Shown: positions 16,778 through 24,978 of the stretch, piece after piece
Numbering within the stretch: position 1 is the first letter of the stretch
How the letters are laid out: every line of letters begins with the position of its first letter
Source of the DNA: Candidatus Micrarchaeota archaeon
GTDB lineage: Archaea; Micrarchaeota; Micrarchaeia; Micrarchaeales; CABMGC01
Reading direction: 5' to 3'
NCBI GenBank assembly: GCA_027319905.1
Contig: DAHVMJ010000010.1
Span: 1-31,756, forward strand
DNA: 31,756 bases
The notes under the pieces: generated by a model
What the model was told of the DNA's origin: nothing
The model's input: the letters and a program-made list of their open reading frames with translations, nothing else
Database searches by the model: none
Program-made: the position numbers and the translations under genes

Positions 16778-17227
16778 GTTCCGTATCATAGTCAGCGAGT
16801 CCTCCCCGTCCTGCTCTCTGAAGCCGCACGCTGCGAAGAACGCGGCCGCGCCCTCATTCCTGTCGTCTATTTCGGCATAGACCTCAAGCATCTTGTAGAG
16901 CTTAGCCCTGTCAGCGCATTTCTCTATCAGCCTGCGTCCAATTCCACCCCTCCTCTGTTCCCTGGCCACCAGTATGCCTATCAGGCCTCCTGTTTCCGTG
17001 CTCTTTGCTATCTCGCAGTCTGCCACAACCCCTCCGTTATCAACAGCCACGAAATCCACCACGGTCCTATCGCGCATGCCCTCGAGTTTCTTTTTCATGA
17101 GCGCCGCCAGTTCATCTGCGCTCGGCCTTTTCTCAAATGTGGTCGCAAAGGGAATCTCATCGTATACGCTCAGTATAAGTGAAGACCAGCTGCCGAAGTC
17201 GCCCTCCTCAAGCTCCCTGATTTGCAT
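16772..17227 (-). CDS. GNAT family N-acetyltransferase
   Basis: MQIRELEEGD start, acetyl-CoA motif A VAREQRRGGIGRRL, NEGAAAFFAACGF. Confidence 0.9.
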   Translation of the reverse strand: MQIRELEEGDFGSWSSLILSVYDEIPFATTFEKRPSADELAALMKKKLEGMRDRTVVDFVAVDNGGVVADCEIAKSTETGGLIGILVAREQRRGGIGRRLIEKCADRAKLYKMLEVYAEIDDRNEGAAAFFAACGFREQDGEDSLTMIRNL

Positions 17228-17267
17228 CCAAATATTGTTTTAAGCTTTCTCATTTTAATATCTGTGC

Positions 17268-17462
17268 ATGACGATTTCTAAGCTGGCAGCAAAGAAGATA
17301 CTGAAGAGTGTCGGCGGCGCGAGGATCAGCGAGAGTGCGGCCGCAGAGCTCTGCGAGACTCTGAACGCCTATGCCTACTCTATAGCAAAGAAGGCTGTCA
17401 AGCTGGCCAAGCACGCAAAGCGCAAGACGGTGAAGAAGGCGGACATCGACCTTGCTAAATGA
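17268..17462 (+). CDS. Archaeal histone (HMf/HMt family)
   Basis: GARISESA, AVKLAKHAKRKTVKKADIDLA histone-fold signature, 64 aa. Confidence 0.95.
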   Translation: MTISKLAAKKILKSVGGARISESAAAELCETLNAYAYSIAKKAVKLAKHAKRKTVKKADIDLAK

Positions 17463-17736
17463 CCACGCCGAAGTACTGCAGTATTATTATCGTACCGACC
17501 CCGCCTATCCCGAAGAGTGCGGTCGAGATTATGACCGGCAGGCTGAAGGGTATCGATATCCCGAAGAAGCTGTTTGCCAGGAAGAGCGTGATGAAGCCGA
17601 GTACCGTGTTAGCTATTATCCCGAAGATTATCTTGAAGAAGAGCTTGCCGACCTTCCACACAACAAATATCGCAACGGCAGCGGCTACTATGAGCCATAT
17701 GCCCGACAGCGCGGTCCCGAATATTGTTATCGCCAT
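17455..17736 (-). CDS. Small membrane protein, BofA-like family
   Basis: 93 aa from ATG 17736; hydrophobic, NTVLGFITLFLAN..GISIPFS..STALFGIGGV pattern; the longer track ORF runs antisense through rnpB. Confidence 0.7.
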   Translation of the reverse strand: MAITIFGTALSGIWLIVAAAVAIFVVWKVGKLFFKIIFGIIANTVLGFITLFLANSFFGISIPFSLPVIISTALFGIGGVGTIIILQYFGVVI

Positions 17737-17780
17737 TCCATCCCGCATAGCCTTATAAACCATAAGAATAAAAAGATGTC

Positions 17781-18017
17781 TAGTGGTGTGCGGGTGGCTT
17801 ACGGTCTTCGGACCGAGGAAGCTCCCTCCACGCAAAGCATGCGGTGGGCTCAAGGCCCGATTCGGAAAAGAAACGTAGCGCAAATGTACAAAAGCGATGA
17901 CAAGACGAGCGTGCATGTGTGCTTGAAACGGCCGATGCGCATGCAGTGAGCGTGCAAGGCAATAGCCGCTTAGTCGAATGCCACCTAGAACAGAAGAGGG
18001 GCTACGGCACACCACTG
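17781..18017 (+). ncRNA. rnpB: RNase P RNA (short, type-M-like)
   Basis: P1 AGTGGTGTGC/GCACACCACT, P2 GGTGGC/GCCACC, P3 CGGTC-TTCG-GACCG, CR-I GAGGAAGCTCCCTCC and CR-V AACAGAAGAGGGGCTA forming P4 with bulged U17823, CR-III TGAAAC; TATA TTATAAA 17753-17759. Confidence 0.93.
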
Positions 18018-18049
18018 CTGCTTAACATGGCGGCAGAACAGGCGCGAGG

Positions 18050-19132
18050 ATGGGCGAGGTCTCAAGTGTGGTATCAAGCATTCTTACCGCCATAGCAATG
18101 CTTCTAGTCGCTGGCCTGGCGTACGTGGCAATCACCCATTACGCGTTCAACCTGAACAATCCGCTTTCCGCGTTCGGCAATATCACCTCTACGGTCGTCC
18201 CCGCCGTGACGAGCATCAACGGCACAGCGGCAACGACCACCGCTCTGCAGTTCAACAACTCGCAAACAAACGCCGCTCTCGACGCGTATGCTCTCGGCCT
18301 GATAAACACGGACAGGCATAAGTACGGGCTCGGCAACGTCACGCTCTCGAACGAACCATCGGCCCAGCAGCATTCGGTCAGCATGCTGTCGTACAGCTAC
18401 TTCAGCCACTGGGATCCTTATGGCATGAAGCCGTACATGCGTTACACGCTTCTTGGCGGCCTCGGCGCGGCGAGCGAGAACGTAGCCTACAGAGAGAGCG
18501 AAAGCTGCGGCATATTCGGCTGCACGGGCAACATAAACGTGAAGCAGGCGCTGCAACAGATGGAATACGAGATGATGTACAACGACTCGGTGTGCTGCAA
18601 CAACGGTCACAGGGATAACATACTAAACCCCGATCACAACGAAGTGAGCATAGGCATCGCCTACAATTCCAGCAGCGTGTACTTTACCGAGGATTTCATA
18701 GACAACTACGTAAACTGGAGCGACTACGGCATCAACCCGTCAACTGATGAAATGTACGTTGAGGGAACCCTCAGCGGAGGGAACATTTTCTCATCTGTGC
18801 AGATCGCGTACGACAAGCCTGTTCAGAACATGACCACTGCGCAGCTTGACAACACTTCATCCTACAGCTACGGTCCAACAATAGCGGGAGTAGTCGGCAG
18901 CCCGCTCTACTATTACACTGGCATAGAGACCATAGACGCTAACGAGTACAGTATCAGCGGCAGGAACTTCAAGGTCGCGTTCCCCATGCAGGATACCATA
19001 AACAAGAACGGGCCCGGAGAGTACACCGTGCTTGTCTGGATGAACGATAGCTCTGGCGCAGGCTTCGTCGGGTCAACATATACTGTTTTTGTGGGCGCAG
19101 GAGACAGGGTCTACACACCCTCCAACGTCTAA
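18050..19132 (+). CDS. Membrane-anchored CAP (SCP-like) domain protein
   Basis: N-terminal TM, Thr-rich linker, LINTDR..GL, AQQHS..M..YFSH, SENVA, GHRDNILNP..VSIGI, FTEDF. Confidence 0.88.
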   Translation: MGEVSSVVSSILTAIAMLLVAGLAYVAITHYAFNLNNPLSAFGNITSTVVPAVTSINGTAATTTALQFNNSQTNAALDAYALGLINTDRHKYGLGNVTLSNEPSAQQHSVSMLSYSYFSHWDPYGMKPYMRYTLLGGLGAASENVAYRESESCGIFGCTGNINVKQALQQMEYEMMYNDSVCCNNGHRDNILNPDHNEVSIGIAYNSSSVYFTEDFIDNYVNWSDYGINPSTDEMYVEGTLSGGNIFSSVQIAYDKPVQNMTTAQLDNTSSYSYGPTIAGVVGSPLYYYTGIETIDANEYSISGRNFKVAFPMQDTINKNGPGEYTVLVWMNDSSGAGFVGSTYTVFVGAGDRVYTPSNV

Positions 19133-19209
19133 CGACCGCGCCCAGAATGCTTAAAAGTGTTAAGGAGAAATGTTGTGTGTGAATTACACAGACACAGGTG
19201 TAAATTAGA

Positions 19210-20523
19210 ATGATAGACATCGTACTCGCGTTTCTCCTCATCGCCGGCATAATATTCTTCGGCTTCGGCGCCGAAATCTTCTTCAGGAAGACCGGCATAC
19301 CACATTTCCTATTCCTGATCTTCATAGGCGTGCTCATAGGCCCGGCGCTGGGACTCGTGTCCACGAGCTCTTTCATCCCGGTCATGGGTATCTTCGCCGA
19401 GTTCACGCTGATGATGGTCCTTTTCTACAACGGGATGCAGATGGACATAAAAGACGTCATTAGCAGCAGTAGCCGCACTCTGCTGCAAGTCGTCCTCTAC
19501 GTTCTGGTGAGCATGATCGCTGTGGCCGCAGTGGCGCATCTCGTGTTCGGATGGGACACGCTCGAGGCTCTCATATTCGGCTCCATAATAGGTGGAGAAA
19601 CTACGGCGCCTGTTATGATGCGCGTCTCAAAACTGCTCACAGACGACAGCAAGACAATAACGTTTCTGAGTCTTGAATCGGTGATGAACTCCATATTGCT
19701 GGTTGTCATGTTTTCCGTTTTCCTGAGCATCTACCTGACCGGATCCACATCGTTCAACGGAGCCCTCGCTTCGATAGCATCCAACATATCCGTGGGCGTT
19801 GTTGCGGGCCTTGCGCTCGCGATAGTATGGCTGCTGGTCCTCAACTATCTCAAGGACTACCGCTACACGTACGTCTTCACCCTCGCTCTACTTCTGACCA
19901 CCTTCGTGCTGGTGTCAGTAGCAGGAGGCAGCGGCCTGATGGCCGTGCTCGTGTTCGGGATACTGCTCGGCAATTACAAGAGCGTCGGTGCATGGGTCAA
20001 GAAGGAGCTGAAGATAGAGGACCTCAAGAACCAGCTCAAAGGTTTCCAGGACGAGATCTCGTTCCTGTTCGAGACCTTCTTCTTCGTTTTCCTAGGCCTC
20101 ACCTTCATTCTGCAGCCCTCGACCATAGAGACGAACCTGCTTGCTGGCCTGCTTTTTGTTGCAGTGCTCATTGTGGTGAGGTACGTGTCCGTCAACATCT
20201 CTACCAAAGGCTCCAGCCTGTACAAGAACAGGAACCTCATAACTCTGATGTGCGCGCAGGGTACGACTCCCGCAATACTCGCGATAGTCACCCTTACCAG
20301 CAACCTGCCTCTTGCAGGCAGCTTCATAAACATAGTCGTGTTCGTCATACTGATAACCAACATAATAACATCCTTAGCCTCCTACTCTGTGATGAGGTCT
20401 GTCAGAGTGACGGCCAAGGTAAACAACGAAGAGGATAAAACTGTCGCCAAGGAGCAGAAGGCGATTGCAAAGAAGGCTAAAGAGGAGAAGAAGCAAACGA
20501 CAGCAGCGCGGCCTGAGGCATGA
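19210..20523 (+). CDS. Cation:proton antiporter (CPA/NhaP-like)
   Basis: About 12-13 TM helices, GIP..L..IGVLIGP, LSLESVMN, GGSGLMAVLVFGILLGN, ETFFFVFLG. Confidence 0.9.
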   Translation: MIDIVLAFLLIAGIIFFGFGAEIFFRKTGIPHFLFLIFIGVLIGPALGLVSTSSFIPVMGIFAEFTLMMVLFYNGMQMDIKDVISSSSRTLLQVVLYVLVSMIAVAAVAHLVFGWDTLEALIFGSIIGGETTAPVMMRVSKLLTDDSKTITFLSLESVMNSILLVVMFSVFLSIYLTGSTSFNGALASIASNISVGVVAGLALAIVWLLVLNYLKDYRYTYVFTLALLLTTFVLVSVAGGSGLMAVLVFGILLGNYKSVGAWVKKELKIEDLKNQLKGFQDEISFLFETFFFVFLGLTFILQPSTIETNLLAGLLFVAVLIVVRYVSVNISTKGSSLYKNRNLITLMCAQGTTPAILAIVTLTSNLPLAGSFINIVVFVILITNIITSLASYSVMRSVRVTAKVNNEEDKTVAKEQKAIAKKAKEEKKQTTAARPEA

Positions 20524-20527
20524 ATCT

Positions 20528-21094
20528 GTGGCCGGTCTGTCTGAGTTGCTGCTGTTCGTTGGCGGGATCGGACTTGGGATCATAAGCGGCAGCGAGATCG
20601 CAATGATGACCGTGGCCGCTTCCACAAAATACAAGTGGCGAAGAGCGTGGGAAATAACACTGGCCGGCCTTGCCACCATGGTTCCAATCGGCATGGTCAT
20701 CTACTACTTCTTCACCATCCTGCCACGGGCATTGCTTGAGACAGTGGCCGGAGCCGCGATCTTTCTTATCGGGCTCTACTTTGTAGCCGAGGGGCTTTAC
20801 GGCGGGGAAGAGCACGAAGAGAAAAGGCGTCTGAGCGCGGGCATGTTTGGCATCTATTCCGGCGTTGTGCTGGAAGGCGTAGAAATAGTCACGGTAGCGA
20901 TATCTGTAGGCGTTGCTACGGGCGCGCTGGCTGCGAGCATCGCAGGACTGCTTGTGGGTTGGGCGATCCCGCTGGTGGCTGTTCGATTCCTCAGGTCGCT
21001 GATAGAGAGGATAGAGGGACGCTCGCTCAAGATATCTGTTGGCGTCATAATGATGGTAATAGCAGGCAGTCTTGTTCTGCTGAACCTCCCCTAG
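20528..21094 (+). CDS. Polytopic membrane protein, COG4280/FTR1-like (LysE-type two-repeat transporter)
   Basis: About 6 TM helices in two repeats with ISGSEIA and LEGVEIV motifs; GTG 20528 just after the antiporter stop is preferred to 20465. Confidence 0.6.
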   Translation: MAGLSELLLFVGGIGLGIISGSEIAMMTVAASTKYKWRRAWEITLAGLATMVPIGMVIYYFFTILPRALLETVAGAAIFLIGLYFVAEGLYGGEEHEEKRRLSAGMFGIYSGVVLEGVEIVTVAISVGVATGALAASIAGLLVGWAIPLVAVRFLRSLIERIEGRSLKISVGVIMMVIAGSLVLLNLP

Positions 21095-21139
21095 AAGCTT
21101 AAACCGCTGTACAGCTATTCGCCGCAGTAAAATTTGTCT

Positions 21140-21155
21140 TGGTGCTCCTATCGGG
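21140..21155 (-). repeat. Degenerate direct repeat of the tRNA-Glu 3' end (att-like)
   Basis: 21142-21155 GTGCTCCTATCGGG versus 21502-21515 GTGCTCCGATCGGG (13/14); minus strand reads CCCGATAGGAGCACCA. Confidence 0.75.
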
Positions 21156-21502
21156 TTAATCAACAGTAGTCAGCTTCCCGATCGTTAACGAACATTGGTG
21201 ATTATGCATTTCGTTTTACAATTACGAGACTGCAGCCTTTTGTGAATCCCACCGTTGCCGATGTTCTTTTGTTTCCTCCATATGCTACATCGAGCAAGTC
21301 TCCTTTTTCAACTTCATAGACCGCTTCGGCATGCAAGACATGACGCCCATTTCCATTGTAGAGCTCAAAAGTATCCCCTTCTCCTGCCTCAACTACAAAT
21401 GGCTTCTTTAATCTCCGCATTTACTCACGAAGTAAGTGTGTCTTTCTACCTATAATAATGTTTATTAAATTTACAAAACCTGCGATGTTATCTGTTATTA
21501 TG
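21156..21502. mobile_element. Putative relic genomic islet at the tRNA-Glu 3' end
   Basis: Bounded by the tRNA and its 3'-end repeat 360 bp apart; about 40% GC by hand count over 21181-21480, visibly lower than flanking genes; no integrase. Confidence 0.55.
21202..21420 (-). CDS. Hypothetical protein (72 aa) inside the islet
   Basis: ATG preceded by GTGAG and an AT-rich TATA-like tract; many A/T-ending codons unlike host genes. Confidence 0.55.
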   Translation of the reverse strand: MRRLKKPFVVEAGEGDTFELYNGNGRHVLHAEAVYEVEKGDLLDVAYGGNKRTSATVGFTKGCSLVIVKRNA

Positions 21503-21577
21503 TGCTCCGATCGGGATTTGAACCCGAGTTACGGACTTGAGAGGCCCGTGTCCTTGACCGGACTAGACGATCGGAGC
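21503..21577 (-). tRNA. tRNA-Glu (anticodon CTC)
   Basis: Reverse complement GCTCCGATCGTCTAGTCCGGTCAAGGACACGGGCCTCTCAAGTCCGTAACTCGGGTTCAAATCCCGATCGGAGCA folds as a cloverleaf; no intron, CCA not encoded. Confidence 0.96.
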
Positions 21578-21627
21578 ATTCTTTTATAGGTTCTTTGCCC
21601 GTATATATAATAATTACACGTGTTCTC

Positions 21628-22842
21628 ATGCTTCTTTACGAGAAGTATACGCCGCATTCGCTCAAAGAGCTTATAGGCAACAGGCTCGGACTTGAAAGGA
21701 TAGGCCGCTTCGCTGCAGAGGCGAAGGCGGGGAAACGGCCAAAGCCGATAATGGTTTACGGCCCCAGCGGCACAGGCAAGACGGCAGCACTGCGCGCGGC
21801 CGCAGAGGAAGGCGGCTTTGAAGTGCTTGAACTCACTTCCAGCGACTACCGCGACGCTGACACGCTGAAGAAGAGACTACTGCCCGCGGCGAAGAGCCGG
21901 GGACTCTTCTCGAGCGTTACTCTCATTCTCTTCGATGAGATAGATGAGTTGTCGAGCAGATTCGACAAGGGCGCAGAAAGCGTGGTCACGCAGATGCTGA
22001 GAGAAGCGAGACAGCCGATCGCTTTCACGGCCAACGACTTCTGGGACAGGCGCATCAGCTTCCTCAGAACGCACGTTGAGCGGATAGAGTTCAGGAAAGC
22101 GGATTCAAAGGAGCTTATCGCCTACCTGCGAAAAGTATCCGAGGCGGAGGGCGAGCATCTCGAAGAAGGCGTGCTGCGCGAGATCGCATACAGGAGCGAC
22201 GGAGATGTGCGCGCCGCGCTCAACGACCTTGAGATGGTCTTCATGGGCGGCAACGACATAATAGACAACCTTGTCGTGAGGAACCGCAAGGTGGAGATAT
22301 TCCGTTTGCTGGATCGCATCTTCATGACGAACAGCTTTCTTGCTGCAAAGAGCGCGGTGGAGACAAGCGACGTCGAGCTTGAGATGCTGATAAACTGGGT
22401 GGACGAGAACATACCCAACAGGTACTGGCTCAAGAAGTCGCTGGACCAGGCGTATGAGCAGCTCTCCTTCGCCAGCAGGTTCTTCGAGATGGCGGAGCGC
22501 GTGCGCTACTACGGCTATGTACGCTACACAAACGTAGGCATAGCCGGTGTGTCGATATCCAGCGGCGGGAACACAAGATATGTCAACCCCTACTCCTTCC
22601 CGTCCAGGGTGAAATACCTGAGCAGCACCAAGGAATCACGTGGGGTGCAGAACAGGATAGCGTACAAGCTTTCTCCCTACCTCCACACGAACAGGCATGA
22701 GATAGTCAGCTCCTACCTCCCTCTCTTCAGGAGACTTGTGGAGAAAGCGCCAGAAGAGCGCAGGACAGCGTTCACAGAGTCGCTTGAGAACGATTTCAAG
22801 CTCGATAAGGACGAGATAGAGTACTTTATTGCTGCATCGTAA
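21628..22842 (+). CDS. rfcL: Replication factor C large subunit
   Basis: EKYTP, Walker A GPSGTGKT, ELTSSDYR, Walker B DEIDEL, TAND, GDVRAALNDL, WVDENIP; ATG 21628. Confidence 0.92.
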   Translation: MLLYEKYTPHSLKELIGNRLGLERIGRFAAEAKAGKRPKPIMVYGPSGTGKTAALRAAAEEGGFEVLELTSSDYRDADTLKKRLLPAAKSRGLFSSVTLILFDEIDELSSRFDKGAESVVTQMLREARQPIAFTANDFWDRRISFLRTHVERIEFRKADSKELIAYLRKVSEAEGEHLEEGVLREIAYRSDGDVRAALNDLEMVFMGGNDIIDNLVVRNRKVEIFRLLDRIFMTNSFLAAKSAVETSDVELEMLINWVDENIPNRYWLKKSLDQAYEQLSFASRFFEMAERVRYYGYVRYTNVGIAGVSISSGGNTRYVNPYSFPSRVKYLSSTKESRGVQNRIAYKLSPYLHTNRHEIVSSYLPLFRRLVEKAPEERRTAFTESLENDFKLDKDEIEYFIAAS

Positions 22843-23329
22843 ACGAGAAGTCAAATCTCAACGGGTCGTTTTCAAACGTCGCTTCTGGGAACACGAATAC
22901 ATTTTCCCCGTCCGGAAGGCGCATCAGCTGCAGGTCACTCCTGTGGAAGTAGACGACTTCTCCTCTCTTCAGTTCCATGGTCGGGATGCCGTTCGCATCT
23001 ATTACATCCCTGCTTGGTCTCCTTATCGACACCTGCATCTCTGCCTTTTCGCTCTCTCCGCCCCTCTTGCGCGCAGAGTACATCATCAGGCACGCTTTTT
23101 CAGATATCAGCGGGTCCGTAGAATAGCCGATTGGCACATTCTTCTCCATCCTGTGGGCCCCTTCCGAACCGAATCTTATCCCAAGAGTCATATCCAACTT
23201 CGGCACGTCGTTGATCACCCTGGACACGATCGGCTCTACATCGTGCCTCACAAGCGGTCTCAAACTCTCAAAAAATGAGTGCGTTGTTACTGTGTATACC
23301 TCAGTCTCCAGCGCCGCCACTTGCTTCAT
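22826..23329 (-). CDS. Hypothetical protein (167 aa)
   Basis: Co-oriented with and overlapping the pheT 3' end, host-like codon usage; no motif recognised. Confidence 0.6.
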   Translation of the reverse strand: MKQVAALETEVYTVTTHSFFESLRPLVRHDVEPIVSRVINDVPKLDMTLGIRFGSEGAHRMEKNVPIGYSTDPLISEKACLMMYSARKRGGESEKAEMQVSIRRPSRDVIDANGIPTMELKRGEVVYFHRSDLQLMRLPDGENVFVFPEATFENDPLRFDFSFTMQQ

Positions 23330-24977
23330 TCTCCCCGACGTCCAACCATCCCGTGAGGTCTATCTCGAAACCTACTGCAGGCTCCTCGATGCCGAAACTG
23401 GTCAAAACCTCAGGGTGTATCTCACCCATAAAGCCTATATTCTTTTTGTTTACTTCGACAGTTGCACATCTCCCCTCTATAAAGCTGGGGTGCTCGCCTT
23501 TTGAGATGCGCAGTTCCACTCCGAGTCTCTGTGCGAGGCCTTCCAGCACGGCCTTTACGTCGTTGAAGTTTGCCTGGGAGTAGCATGCCACCGCCGCAAG
23601 GCTGTAAGACTCTCTCGGTAGGTTGCCGTCTATCCCGAATGACATGTCAAGTTCGAAGAGCTTTATTGGCAACCTGTCGTGCATAGATATGCCCACGTCT
23701 CTTAGCAGCGAAGGCAGCAGCCACGTCCTGAGCATCGTTATCGTTGACGCCTTCGGGTTCTCTATCGTTATGTAGCCGCCATCCTCCTTCGCGCGCATCC
23801 TGCCAAAGTTGTTCTGTTCGTTTGTGAGGTAGGAGTTCATCGATTCGTCGAAGCCGAGACCAACCATGACGCTGCTGATCCTCTCCATCGTCATGGTGTT
23901 GGCCTCGAGGCCGCCCTGCTGCGTTGAAGAGAGCGCGACAGGCTGTATGTAGTCATAGCCGTAAGCCACGGCAATGTCCTCCACCACGTCCTGATCATTT
24001 ATTACGTCAAGCCTGTAGGCGGGCACGCGGAACATGACGTTCTTACCCACGAGCGCAGCCTCGTATCCCATCTTGTTAGCCAGCGTTATCACGTTGTTGA
24101 ATCCGATTATCACTCCGATCTCGTTGTAGAACTGGTTGAGCGGAACCTCGAACTCTTCGCGGCTCATCATCGGCGCCTCCACACGCTTGTCCTCGTACTC
24201 TATCGCCACCTGTCTTACGGCGAAGCCCATGTCGATAAAATCTGCGGCCAGCATGTCAACTATCTTCCCCGCCACCTCGCGCGACCTTCCGGTCACGTCT
24301 ACGAGCATCTCATGGGTCGATGCGGAGATCTTGGTGCGGTCAGAGTTGAGCACCGGTATGAGCGACATGGTGCCCTTCGTATCCTTCAGCGCAACATACC
24401 TCGTGCGTCCGGAGCCGAGCCTGCCGTACTTCCTGCCCTTCTCCTCCATTTTCACTACCTCGCTGTACCTCATCGGTTTGTTCCTGTTAAGGGGCACGAA
24501 CTCCTCGTCCTCGTAAGCGTCGTAGAAGAAAGGCGGCTTTACGTTCTTCAGGTCGTGAAGTCCCATTGCGATCTTCTCCCTGTGCCTGCCGTAGTTCTCG
24601 CTCACCTTCTCTGTGAAGTTGATAAGATCCCTGAGCTGCTCTTCGCTCATCTCCATGCAGCTGACGATGAGCGCCGCGATGTACGGCCTTATCTCCGCCG
24701 CGTGTTTTCCGACCTTTATGAGATCCTTGTTTCCGGCGGGGCCGACCTCGTAGGAGAAGTTCCTGCTCTTCAGCATGAAGTACTTTATCGCCCGCGCAAG
24801 TCCCACGGTGCTGAGTAGATCTGGCCTGTTCGCCTGAAACTCTATCGTTATCTCCTTCTCGTTCGACTCCTCGACGTTGAGGCCCATGTTGTCTATGTTC
24901 CTCGCCAGCTCTTTCTCGTCTACCTTGAAGCCCAGGCACCTGAGCAGATATGTTTTGTTGTACTTTGCTACAGGCAT
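23301..24977 (-). CDS. pheT: Phenylalanine--tRNA ligase beta subunit (archaeal type)
   Basis: NRPDLLS, RPYI, IAMGLHDL, PAYRLDVINDQDVVEDIAVAYGY, LRTWLLPSLL, GEIHPEVL. Confidence 0.96.
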   Translation of the reverse strand: MPVAKYNKTYLLRCLGFKVDEKELARNIDNMGLNVEESNEKEITIEFQANRPDLLSTVGLARAIKYFMLKSRNFSYEVGPAGNKDLIKVGKHAAEIRPYIAALIVSCMEMSEEQLRDLINFTEKVSENYGRHREKIAMGLHDLKNVKPPFFYDAYEDEEFVPLNRNKPMRYSEVVKMEEKGRKYGRLGSGRTRYVALKDTKGTMSLIPVLNSDRTKISASTHEMLVDVTGRSREVAGKIVDMLAADFIDMGFAVRQVAIEYEDKRVEAPMMSREEFEVPLNQFYNEIGVIIGFNNVITLANKMGYEAALVGKNVMFRVPAYRLDVINDQDVVEDIAVAYGYDYIQPVALSSTQQGGLEANTMTMERISSVMVGLGFDESMNSYLTNEQNNFGRMRAKEDGGYITIENPKASTITMLRTWLLPSLLRDVGISMHDRLPIKLFELDMSFGIDGNLPRESYSLAAVACYSQANFNDVKAVLEGLAQRLGVELRISKGEHPSFIEGRCATVEVNKKNIGFMGEIHPEVLTSFGIEEPAVGFEIDLTGWLDVGENEASGGAGD

Positions 24978-24978
24978 C

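Noticed and set aside
17737..18015. N-terminal half of the 186-aa minus-strand ORF, and ORFs 17452-17949 and 17780-17962
   Set aside because: They run through the RNase P RNA; only the 93-aa hydrophobic part looks coding
19133..19209. Fluoride or sodium riboswitch upstream of the antiporter
   Set aside because: No recognisable consensus and the leader is too short; kept only as a generic structured leader
21504..21577. 10-bp terminal inverted repeat GCTCCGATCG/CGATCGGAGC suggesting a MITE
   Set aside because: It is the tRNA-Glu acceptor stem plus chance extension
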